Positions 1-7,633 of a DNA stretch of 64,000 nucleotides are shown here, in pieces. The first letter of the stretch is position 1. Each line of letters opens with the position of its first letter. Origin of the DNA: Fibrobacter succinogenes (GTDB lineage: Bacteria > Fibrobacterota > Fibrobacteria > Fibrobacterales > Fibrobacteraceae); NCBI RefSeq assembly GCF_902771595.1, contig NZ_CACXXH010000001.1; one strand, given 5' to 3'. The notes beneath the pieces are model-generated. The model saw nothing but the letters and a program-made list of their open reading frames with translations, searched no databases and was not told where the DNA came from. Position numbers and translations under genes: made by a program.

Positions 1-213
1 TTCCACCTCCATACGTGGGCGCTCGTTACTCCGAGCGTCCCCATTGTCCGTTCCAAGAACCGTAATCGAGTTGATTGCAGGAACCCGCATCATTCCCGAA
101 AGCGAATCGGGCATCACGATTACCGCAGAGGGCGGTGCAGACGGATCGACCGTATTGGAGCACGCCCAAAACATCAAGGCGAACAAAGCTATTATGAAGG
201 TATACCGTCTCAT
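1..213 (-). CDS. 5' end (N-terminal 71 aa) of a third TIGR02171-like FGE-sulfatase-domain lipoprotein paralog; the gene runs off the window start
   Basis: Not in the ORF track because it is open-ended. The reverse-strand ATG at 211-213 lies 3 nt after the TAG (217-219) of the upstream gene. My hand translation is MRRYTFIIALFALMFWACSNTVDPSAPPSAVIVMPDSLSGMMRVPAINSITVLGTDNGDARSNERPRMEVE. It has a lipobox (FWAC) and aligns with PDSRSGMMSVSAFGVTTVLGTDVLESRANERPSMDV of the 217..2904 product. Confidence 0.6.
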   Translation of the reverse strand, partial: MRRYTFIIALFALMFWACSNTVDPSAPPSAVIVMPDSLSGMMRVPAINSITVLGTDNGDARSNERPRMEVE

Positions 214-216
214 TCT

Positions 217-2904
217 CTATTTCAATGTACTCAAAAAGGTATCAAGGCGAGTCGAGAACACTGCCGCACCAAGATAACTTAAATGCGAATTATCATAAGC
301 CATTTTACTCGAATAATCATGCAAGCCATCTTTATTTTCATCAAAAATAACGATATTCGAGTCTCGAAGAAATTCAAATATTTGATGTGCGACTACCCGA
401 CTCGGCCCCCACATGTCAAATGCTTCTTCTTGAGCAAATGCCGGATTCCGGGGCGTAATAGCAAGAACAAGCTGAATTCCTTTTTCCTCAGAGTCCTTTT
501 TCAACTGAATCAATTTTTGAAGATTCTCCTGCAACACCGAATTTTCAAACTGCAAGGTATTTAAATCAGAAATGCAATAGATTTCCCCCCAAGAAACAGA
601 CGGTAAAAGGAACATTCCTTCCATATAATCTTGGATAAACAAATCTCTAGGCAAGTCAACATCCTGGCTCAAATAAGAAATGCTCTTAAAATTGTCCTGA
701 TTCAAATGATTTTCATCATAGACCAAACCGGGAGAATACATCCTGATAAAGCCATAGTATTCTTCTTCAACTCGATAAAGGAATCCAGGAGAAAGTTCAA
801 CGACAATGGCTTTTAAATTAGATGCATAGGGAAACAGGTAACGTCGAATAATAGCATCAAACAAATGGAGATCCGATAACGTCACCCCCATATTCAAGGT
901 TTTGAACGTCTTTATGGAATCTTCAATAACAGCGTCCATCAGCATGGAGCTTCCAAACACGGCACACTCAATATCGTTATATCTTTTCCAAAAATTTTGC
1001 AATTTTATCGCCACCTCAACAGACGGTGCCGTCAAATGGTTTTCATCATTTCGTCTAAAATACATTCCAGCACTATCTAAATCCAGCTGGGAAACCGCAC
1101 CCAACACGCTAGCCGATTTTACCCAAAAACTCGGATGCCAAAGTTCATCGCCCCTAACCAAATCCACGAAATTACCATCCGAGATGTTGACGAGCGAAAT
1201 CTTTGTATGCCCCCCGTTTTCATTTACAAGTGACACTACCGCAATGTCGCCGGAGCCTGAAATCCATTCGCTATGATCAAAAGTCCATCTAGAAGGAGCC
1301 GCGACCGACTGCAAAAGCCGTCCCACACTATCTACAAGCAGCAAGCGTTCATGGGTTCCGTAACTTTCACCCACAAATTCGCGACCCGGCTGCCCTCCAA
1401 AATCAAGGAAAAGAGTCCGTTTGCTGTTATCCCTAGCAAGTGACGCATTGCAAGCCTGGGCGGAATCATACCAGACAGTATCGTGGCCCAAAACATTGGC
1501 GCGAAGGAGACGTGCACCCGTGACAGCCAAGTTCCCGTCATCGCTGATGCCACCGTGATAAGCCCCATCAAAAAGCTTTTGCGGAGTTCCAAACTTTCCA
1601 TTTTCAAATTTCACCTGCCAGGTAGAAGTTTCCTTGAAAGAGGATTCGTCCTTATTGTTGTCCGCACTCGTCACATACACAATCACAGTATCACCAGTTT
1701 CCAGCACACGCCAACGCGGAATGGCTGCCGCACGGACATCAAGCCGGACAAGGTTCGTCCCCGTCGTGTTCAAGTCGCGCACATAAACAGAAGACTCACC
1801 ACGAACCCCTTCAAGTCCCGTACAAAAAGCAACGTGTTTACCATCAGGAGAAATTTCCGGATGATAGACATCAATCGTATCCGCAATTTCAACAACCGAA
1901 GTGAAACCGTTAGAATAATCGATATAGGAAAGGTTTCCTGTCTGGTCGTTCCTGAAAGCCAATTTCGCCCGGAGTGTCCCAACAAAATCGCGCACCATAG
2001 CCGAACTGGCAGACGGAATCACCCTGCTCGATTTTACCAGCCCATTTGATCCCATCCATACGGCATTGGGGATAGAGCCATACGCCAACCGGAACCCCAC
2101 ATAATCGGCCCGCGTTGACGACGTTACCATATAAACATCTCCACGACCATATAAAGTGACTGATTCCGAAGCACTCCGGAAACAGCCTCCTTTTACGATG
2201 CGTTCTCCTAGGGCTCCACCATCGGGAGCACCCACATAATTAGAGACTACAGTATCAGCAAAAGCTCCGAGCCAATCATTCACCCATTCCATTGCATTCC
2301 CGATCAGGTCACAAAATCCCGATTTTGCGCTGTCCAAACTGCACACCTCATGCAACGTGTTTTCCGAATTTTCGCCAATCCACCCATTTTTCAGATTCCA
2401 ATCTTGACTCGCCGCAAGAACCCATTCCGCCTCTGTTGGCAACCGAAAAGCATCCACCTCCGGGTGAAAAATAATCCCTTCCAAATTCAAGCAATGTCCT
2501 TCGGCATCAAACGACGTCGAAGAATACGTGTAGGCCGTATCGAACTTTTCGGACTTGCTACGTTCATTCGCAAACAATACCGCATCGAAATACGTAATGT
2601 TTGTCACCGGAAGACTATCCTTTTCGCAAGCGACCTCCAACCCTGTCGCAGGGCGCATCAATTGGTTAAATTCACTGCAGGTCACCTCATGGCGTCCGAG
2701 CGAAAAATCATATTCAAATCGCACATCCATGCTCGGGCGTTCGTTCGCACGAGATTCCAAAACATCTGTCCCGAGAACAGTCGTCACACCAAATGCAGAC
2801 ACAGACATCATTCCCGAACGCGAATCGGGCTTCACGCTTATTGCGGGAGATGTCGGAGACTTGTCGCCCGAACCGTCGCACGCCACCAAAACAAATACGA
2901 GCAA
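217..2904 (-). CDS. Large lipoprotein with an FGE-sulfatase (SUMF1-like) domain, a TolB/PD40-like beta-propeller and a C-terminal SGNH-like domain (Fibrobacter paralogous family, TIGR02171-like)
   Basis: 895-aa ORF. FGE-type motifs are RLPTEAEW, GNAMEWVNDW, RIVKGGCF and YVGFRLAYG. The propeller-like stretch is VYHPEISPDGKHVAFC. The C-terminal block has FGSS ... DNSHLSYLG (a GDS-like Ser and a DxxH). It is colinear with 47880..50564, for example AAIPRWRVLETGDTVIVYV versus AAIPRWRVLDSGDTVIVYV. The track start at 2904 is TTG and leaves only 8 residues before the lipobox Cys, so the true start is uncertain. Confidence 0.8.
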   Translation of the reverse strand: MLVFVLVACDGSGDKSPTSPAISVKPDSRSGMMSVSAFGVTTVLGTDVLESRANERPSMDVRFEYDFSLGRHEVTCSEFNQLMRPATGLEVACEKDSLPVTNITYFDAVLFANERSKSEKFDTAYTYSSTSFDAEGHCLNLEGIIFHPEVDAFRLPTEAEWVLAASQDWNLKNGWIGENSENTLHEVCSLDSAKSGFCDLIGNAMEWVNDWLGAFADTVVSNYVGAPDGGALGERIVKGGCFRSASESVTLYGRGDVYMVTSSTRADYVGFRLAYGSIPNAVWMGSNGLVKSSRVIPSASSAMVRDFVGTLRAKLAFRNDQTGNLSYIDYSNGFTSVVEIADTIDVYHPEISPDGKHVAFCTGLEGVRGESSVYVRDLNTTGTNLVRLDVRAAAIPRWRVLETGDTVIVYVTSADNNKDESSFKETSTWQVKFENGKFGTPQKLFDGAYHGGISDDGNLAVTGARLLRANVLGHDTVWYDSAQACNASLARDNSKRTLFLDFGGQPGREFVGESYGTHERLLLVDSVGRLLQSVAAPSRWTFDHSEWISGSGDIAVVSLVNENGGHTKISLVNISDGNFVDLVRGDELWHPSFWVKSASVLGAVSQLDLDSAGMYFRRNDENHLTAPSVEVAIKLQNFWKRYNDIECAVFGSSMLMDAVIEDSIKTFKTLNMGVTLSDLHLFDAIIRRYLFPYASNLKAIVVELSPGFLYRVEEEYYGFIRMYSPGLVYDENHLNQDNFKSISYLSQDVDLPRDLFIQDYMEGMFLLPSVSWGEIYCISDLNTLQFENSVLQENLQKLIQLKKDSEEKGIQLVLAITPRNPAFAQEEAFDMWGPSRVVAHQIFEFLRDSNIVIFDENKDGLHDYSSKMAYDNSHLSYLGAAVFSTRLDTFLSTLK

Positions 2905-3262
2905 TAAAAAAACAAAGCTTAACTTTTTCTTTCCAAATTCCTCCTTTTCGTTCTAAAGTCCTCAAGACAGAAACCAACCATGCGGTCATCTGCGAAGCGC
3001 CCCAAAAAGCACAGATTGTCCCTATTCCCCCGCCGCTTCCACCACGACTCCGGAGTAAGCATCCGCCGAATTCGAAAACGAGGCGAAAAAACACAAATAC
3101 GCCAAAACCCCAAGCAGGGTCAAGGCAAATTTGCTGTCTTGCAGCGGCTTCATAACTATGAATCAATATAGCAACATCGCAGCAAAAACATCTTTTTTCA
3201 TAGCCGAATTTTGCTAAATTCTCGCTAACAGTGACAAAAAGCACATAAATACAGGAGCCGCC

Positions 3263-3454
3263 ATGCCAGCACAAGGTGATCACAATAAATGGATAGCCCT
3301 CGCCCTCTGCATTTTGCTCGGATACCTGGGCCTACACCGCTTCTACGAAGGCAAAATCTGGACCGGAATTCTCTGGCTCTGCACCGCAGGCCTTTGCGGC
3401 GTGGGCGTCGTCATCGATGCCATCCTCATCGTGATGAAACCCGAACACTATTAA
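3263..3454 (+). CDS. TM2 domain-containing small membrane protein
   Basis: 63-aa ORF with an ATG preceded by AGGAG. The sequence NKWIALALCILLGYLGLHRFYEGKIWTGILWLCTAG is typical of the TM2 domain. Confidence 0.8.
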   Translation: MPAQGDHNKWIALALCILLGYLGLHRFYEGKIWTGILWLCTAGLCGVGVVIDAILIVMKPEHY

Positions 3455-3487
3455 GGTGCCTTCGGCACAGTTCTGCGGCTTTCAGCC

Positions 3488-3515
3488 TAGTTACGAGTTC
3501 CGAGTTACTAGGTCC
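3488..3515 (+). repeat. Heptad-periodic tandem repeat, 4 units (TAGTTAC GAGTTCC GAGTTAC TAGGTCC)
   Basis: Read directly from the spacer between the TM2 gene and rdgB. (T/G)AG recurs every 7 nt. The array starts 34 nt after the TM2 stop and follows a small GTGCC-TTCG-GCAC hairpin. Confidence 0.7.
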
Positions 3516-3584
3516 AGAGTAAAACATCCCGCAACCTAAAATTCTAGTAACTAAAAAAGAATAACAATCCCGTAACACTAAATT

Positions 3585-4211
3585 ATGAAGCACCTTTTCG
3601 TTATCGCGACGGCCAGCGCCGGAAAAATCAGGGATTTCGCCCACATCCTCGGCACGGACCATTACGAATTCAAGACCCTCAAAGACATCGGATTCGACGA
3701 AGAAATCATCGAAGACGGGAAATCGTTTGCCGAAAACGCGATTATCAAATCGAACACGACCGCCATGTGGCTTGCCAAGCGCGGCATCGAGGCCACGGTA
3801 CTTGCCGACGACTCCGGCCTGGAAGTTTTCGCACTCGACGGAGCTCCCGGAATATACAGCGCCCGCTACAGCGGCGGCCACGGCAACGACGACGAGAACA
3901 ACACGCTGCTTTTGAAGAACCTCACCGGCATTGAAGACCGCAAGGCACGTTACTTCTGCGCACTCTCGTACCAAACGGTTTCGCCCGATGCCAGCGGCAA
4001 ATTCGTCGTAAGCGAGCCGCAGATTTTCGAAGGCGAATGCCGCGGACAAATCAATTTCGCTCCCGTGGGCGACATGGGCTTCGGTTACGACCCGCTGTTC
4101 GTTCCCGATGGCGAAACTCGCACCTTCGCGCAGATGGAGCTCGAAGAGAAGAAGGCCATCAGCCACCGCGGAAACGCCATCCGCGCCTTGAAAAAAGCGC
4201 TGGGGAAATAA
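3585..4211 (+). CDS. rdgB: Non-canonical purine NTP (dITP/XTP) pyrophosphatase, RdgB/HAM1 family
   Basis: 208 aa with motifs ATASAGKIRDF, DDSGLEVFALDGAPGIYSARY, GFGYDPLF and ISHRGNA. Confidence 0.9.
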   Translation: MKHLFVIATASAGKIRDFAHILGTDHYEFKTLKDIGFDEEIIEDGKSFAENAIIKSNTTAMWLAKRGIEATVLADDSGLEVFALDGAPGIYSARYSGGHGNDDENNTLLLKNLTGIEDRKARYFCALSYQTVSPDASGKFVVSEPQIFEGECRGQINFAPVGDMGFGYDPLFVPDGETRTFAQMELEEKKAISHRGNAIRALKKALGK

Positions 4212-4249
4212 GCCTAACGGCGAAACCGCGCCAACAACGGAACCGCGCC

Positions 4250-5248
4250 ATGCAAGTCCTGTTCGCCCCGCTGCAAGGTTACACCACAGGCATCTACCGC
4301 AAGGTCCATGCCGAAATCTTCGGCGGTGTCGACGCTTATTATGCACCGTTCCTGCGGATAGAAAACGGGCGTCCCCGCGAAAAGGACCTGCGCGACATTG
4401 ATGGTGGTTGCAATTTGAATGCCGGTAAACACGATTCGATTGCCGATAGTTGCAATTTGAATGCCGGTGCAAAAACCGTGCCGCAGATTATCGCGAACAG
4501 CGTCAACGAATTCAAGATTCTCACCGACGCCATTTTGCAAAAAGGGTTCACGGAAATTGACTTCAACATGGGATGCCCCTTCCCGATGCAAGTCAGCCGC
4601 CACCGCGGAGCCGGCCTGCTGAGCGACGTTCAGACGGTCAAGGCCATCATGGACGAAATCGCGAAACTCTCGGCAAAGGATTCCATAAAGTTTTCCGTCA
4701 AGATGCGGCTCGGGCAGAACACCCCCGACGAAGCGTTCGCGCTGTTGCCCATTTTGAACGACGCCCCGCTCGCCCACATCACGCTCCACCCGAGACTCGG
4801 CAAGCAACAATACAAAGGCGCCATCGACTTTACCGCTTTCAGGCGATTCTATGAAGAATGCCGCCACCCGCTCGTCTACAACGGCGACATCACGAGCGTG
4901 GGCCAGATTCGCAAAATGGAATCGGGCTACCCCAAGCTGGCTGGCATCATGATCGGGCGCGGATTGCTCACCCGTCCAAGCCTCGCCACCGAATACAAGG
5001 CCGCTACCGACATCGTCAGCGAAAAAGACTTGTTGGGCAAAATCCTCAAGATGCACGGCAGGCTCTACGAACACGCGCACAGCACTTACCAGGGCGACAG
5101 CCAGATTCTCTCGCACATCAAAATCTTCTGGGAATACCTGGAACCAAGCATCCCCAAGAAGCCCTTCAAGAAAATCAAGAAAGCAGGAAACCTGGACGAA
5201 TACGATGCGGCCGTCCAGTCGCTCGACATGGAGCAGGCCGATGGATAA
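4250..5248 (+). CDS. dus: tRNA-dihydrouridine synthase (Dus family)
   Basis: The track ORF starts at 4037 but overlaps rdgB. An internal ATG at 4250 gives MQVLFAPLQGYT..., a typical Dus N-terminus. The FMN/active-site region is EIDFNMGCPFPMQVSRHRGAGLL. Confidence 0.85.
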   Translation: MQVLFAPLQGYTTGIYRKVHAEIFGGVDAYYAPFLRIENGRPREKDLRDIDGGCNLNAGKHDSIADSCNLNAGAKTVPQIIANSVNEFKILTDAILQKGFTEIDFNMGCPFPMQVSRHRGAGLLSDVQTVKAIMDEIAKLSAKDSIKFSVKMRLGQNTPDEAFALLPILNDAPLAHITLHPRLGKQQYKGAIDFTAFRRFYEECRHPLVYNGDITSVGQIRKMESGYPKLAGIMIGRGLLTRPSLATEYKAATDIVSEKDLLGKILKMHGRLYEHAHSTYQGDSQILSHIKIFWEYLEPSIPKKPFKKIKKAGNLDEYDAAVQSLDMEQADG

Positions 5249-6170
5249 CGTGTACATCGAAATAACGGATGCCTGCAACTTACGCTGCAGTTTTTGCCCC
5301 AGCAGTGATTGCAAATACGAGGCCGGTTCGGGCACATCGCAGGGCACTCAGGTCACGGATGCATGCGCGCCTAATACGCGCGGGCCACGAGAATTCATGG
5401 CGTCTGCACTTTTCGAGAAGTGTATCGCCGGTGCGCAAGAGATTGGCGCGAAGAACGTTTTTTTCCATGTTCTCGGCGAACCGACGCTACACCCGGGATT
5501 TGCGCATTACCTCAAAAAGCTGGAGCAGACGCCGCTCAAGCTCACGCTGACCACGAACGGCACCACCATTGCGCGGACAGCGCACCATGTCTTGAACAGC
5601 CCCGCCGTGCGGCAAGTCAACTTCTCGACACACGCCTATGCGGAACTCCCGCCAAATGACGCCCGCGAGCATCTCGAAAACGTTCTCGATTTTTGCAGGA
5701 TTGCGCTGGCCGCGCGACCCGACATGTACATCAATTTGCGCTTGTGGAACATCGGGGATATGACCGCCGGTGACTGGAATTCCTACGCGATTTCACGCAT
5801 AAACGAAACGTTCGGCACGCAGGTCGCTCCCGGAAATTTCTGCAGCAGGCACAAGAGCTTCCCCGTTACCGGGAGGCTGTACATCCACGAGGACTCCCGC
5901 TTTGAATGGCCCGGAACCGGCACTCCAGAGAAAAAAGGCACGTGCCATGCCCTCGAAACGCATGCCGCCATATTGCACGACGGCCGGGTGGTCGCCTGTT
6001 GTCTCGATTACAGCGGGCAAATAACCCTCGGGAACATCGCCGACCAGAGCCTCGCCGAAATTCTCGGCTCGTGTGCCGCCCGCAATATACGCGAAGGGTT
6101 CGAAAAGCACGAACTCCGGCACCCGTTTTGCCAAAAATGCTCCTTCTGCAAGCGTTTTAAACATCCATAG
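5241..6170 (+). CDS. Radical SAM protein with a C-terminal SPASM/twitch-like Cys cluster
   Basis: The ATG at 5241 overlaps the dus stop (ATGGATAA). It has the CX3CX2C motif (DACNLRCSFCP). The C-terminal Cys-rich region is GTCHALETHAAILHDGRVVACCLDYSGQITLGN...HPFCQKCSFC. Confidence 0.8.
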   Translation: MDNVYIEITDACNLRCSFCPSSDCKYEAGSGTSQGTQVTDACAPNTRGPREFMASALFEKCIAGAQEIGAKNVFFHVLGEPTLHPGFAHYLKKLEQTPLKLTLTTNGTTIARTAHHVLNSPAVRQVNFSTHAYAELPPNDAREHLENVLDFCRIALAARPDMYINLRLWNIGDMTAGDWNSYAISRINETFGTQVAPGNFCSRHKSFPVTGRLYIHEDSRFEWPGTGTPEKKGTCHALETHAAILHDGRVVACCLDYSGQITLGNIADQSLAEILGSCAARNIREGFEKHELRHPFCQKCSFCKRFKHP

Positions 6171-6187
6171 CGGTCCACCGCAACTTC

Positions 6188-7012
6188 ATGCGAATTTTCT
6201 ATAATAAGCGCATGCAGCGCAAGCTTATCTCCGTACACGATTTCTCGGGCGTTTACGCCAAGCAGCCCTTTATGCTAGAGTTGCGGGAATCGGCTGCATC
6301 CAACCGCGACATTCATTGGCTGGACTGCACACAAATCGCGGGCACGGACTGCTACTGCGACGACGAAGCCGTAAATGCCATACGCGGGCTCATCGCCGAC
6401 GCAGGCATTACAAGCGCATGCGGAATCCACTTTATCGACGGCGGGAATTACCACTACATGAGCAAAATTTGGACGGACATGGTCCAGGAACCGTTTTCGC
6501 TTGTCGTTTTTGACCACCATCCCGACATGCAAGCCCCGAGATTCGGGGGTATATTGAGTTGCGGGGGCTGGGTGCTCGAAGTCCTGAAAAACAATCCGTT
6601 CGTGCAGAGCGTAACGCTTATCGGGGTCGCAGACCACCTCGTAGATGAAATTCGTACAGAGATTTCGCAAACGGATGAAGCGCATGTTTTAGATAAAGTA
6701 ACGTTTATCAAAGAAAGCGAACTACGCAAAACCGACACACCCCCGTCATTCTCGCATCCCTCCACGCTCTACATTTCCATCGACAAAGACGCTCTCGCGC
6801 CCGCCTACGCGGCCACGAACTGGGACCAGGGTTCCCTCAGCACAGAAATGTTGAAAAGCATTATCGCGGGTCTCGCCGCAAGCCACAGGATTCTCGGCAT
6901 AGACATTTGCGGGGAGCGCGCCCGCGACATCGAGGACTCTCGCGCCGACGCACTGAACAGCGAACTCAACCGCGAACTGGCGGAGTTTTTGGCTCCCTTC
7001 GCGGCATCCTAA
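6188..7012 (+). CDS. Divergent arginase/ureohydrolase-fold protein
   Basis: 274 aa, starting 17 nt after the radical SAM gene. Motif equivalents of the arginase family are FIDGGNYHY (cf. GGDHS), VVFDHHPDMQ (cf. DAHxD), ISIDKDALAP (cf. SxDxDxxDP) and LGIDICGE. They are divergent, so the function is uncertain. Confidence 0.6.
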   Translation: MRIFYNKRMQRKLISVHDFSGVYAKQPFMLELRESAASNRDIHWLDCTQIAGTDCYCDDEAVNAIRGLIADAGITSACGIHFIDGGNYHYMSKIWTDMVQEPFSLVVFDHHPDMQAPRFGGILSCGGWVLEVLKNNPFVQSVTLIGVADHLVDEIRTEISQTDEAHVLDKVTFIKESELRKTDTPPSFSHPSTLYISIDKDALAPAYAATNWDQGSLSTEMLKSIIAGLAASHRILGIDICGERARDIEDSRADALNSELNRELAEFLAPFAAS

Positions 7013-7015
7013 TTC

Positions 7016-7633
7016 TTACTTTACTTCCAGCCTTGTGAAAGTTTCGTAGTGGTCTGCGGTATAGTAGATTACGCAATCCGGCTGATAGACAAGTCGCTTG
7101 GTTCCACGGTTCTTGGCAGAATACTCCACATCAGCTTCGTGATAGGAGCCTTTAGGCAAAATCCCTTCGTTGTTTCCAAAAACATCGCCGCCGATCATCA
7201 CGCCAATCGTTGTCCACGGATTAAAATTCCACTTTTCGAATGCTTTGCCTGTTTCAGATTCGTACATCTGCTGTCCAACATTTTTCCCAACATAGTTTGC
7301 AGGCAACTTGTCAAACTTGCACAGGTAAGCCGCCACGGAATCCCTAGTCGTGTACTGTCCGGATTCTTCAACCGCATCGTAAACCAAAGTTCGTAGAATA
7401 CTATCCAGAACATGGTGAAGGCTGTCTATTACATCTTGTGAGGCACATGTGGGATTTCCGCATTCATCATCCGGACCATACGCCTCACACATAATGCTCA
7501 CACGCTCATCGAGACACGTATTTTCTGACGATGATGTCGCCGTACACGCCGCAAAAAAGCTAGCCACAGCACACGCAAGATAAACCTTAAACAAAGAATT
7601 TTTCAATCGCATAACGGTCCCTAAGAATTTCAT
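7016..7633 (-). CDS. Secreted/lipoprotein barnase-family (microbial N1/T1-type) ribonuclease
   Basis: The C-terminal 110 aa align by eye with barnase. AAYLCKFDKLPANYVGK matches ADYLQTYHKLPDNYITK. GGDVFGNNEGILPKGSYHEADVEY...RLVYQPDCVIYYTADHYETFTRLEV matches GGDIFSNREGKLP...WREADINY...RILYSSDWLIYKTTDHYQTFTKI. It has a signal peptide/lipobox (FFAAC). The start ATG overlaps the stop of the upstream ADH gene (ATGA). Confidence 0.8.
   Translation of the reverse strand: MKFLGTVMRLKNSLFKVYLACAVASFFAACTATSSSENTCLDERVSIMCEAYGPDDECGNPTCASQDVIDSLHHVLDSILRTLVYDAVEESGQYTTRDSVAAYLCKFDKLPANYVGKNVGQQMYESETGKAFEKWNFNPWTTIGVMIGGDVFGNNEGILPKGSYHEADVEYSAKNRGTKRLVYQPDCVIYYTADHYETFTRLEVK

Noticed and set aside
2980-3171. 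63-aa very basic ORF (MRSSAKRPKKHRL...) in the 358-bp spacer upstream of the TM2 gene, and the 189-aa minus-strand ORF 2714..3283
   Set aside because: There are no motifs, the composition is extreme, and they overlap each other and the 5' end of the 217..2904 gene. They are most likely non-coding promoter or leader DNA.
4037-4249. N-terminal extensions proposed by the ORF track. Examples are 4037 for dus, 17238 for the SurA-N-like gene, 31740, 36021, 38656, 42435, 44821, 21106 and 29286.
   Set aside because: The extensions overlap the upstream gene or read through repeats. They are Arg/Pro-rich, and they precede an internal ATG that yields a canonical N-terminus or signal peptide.
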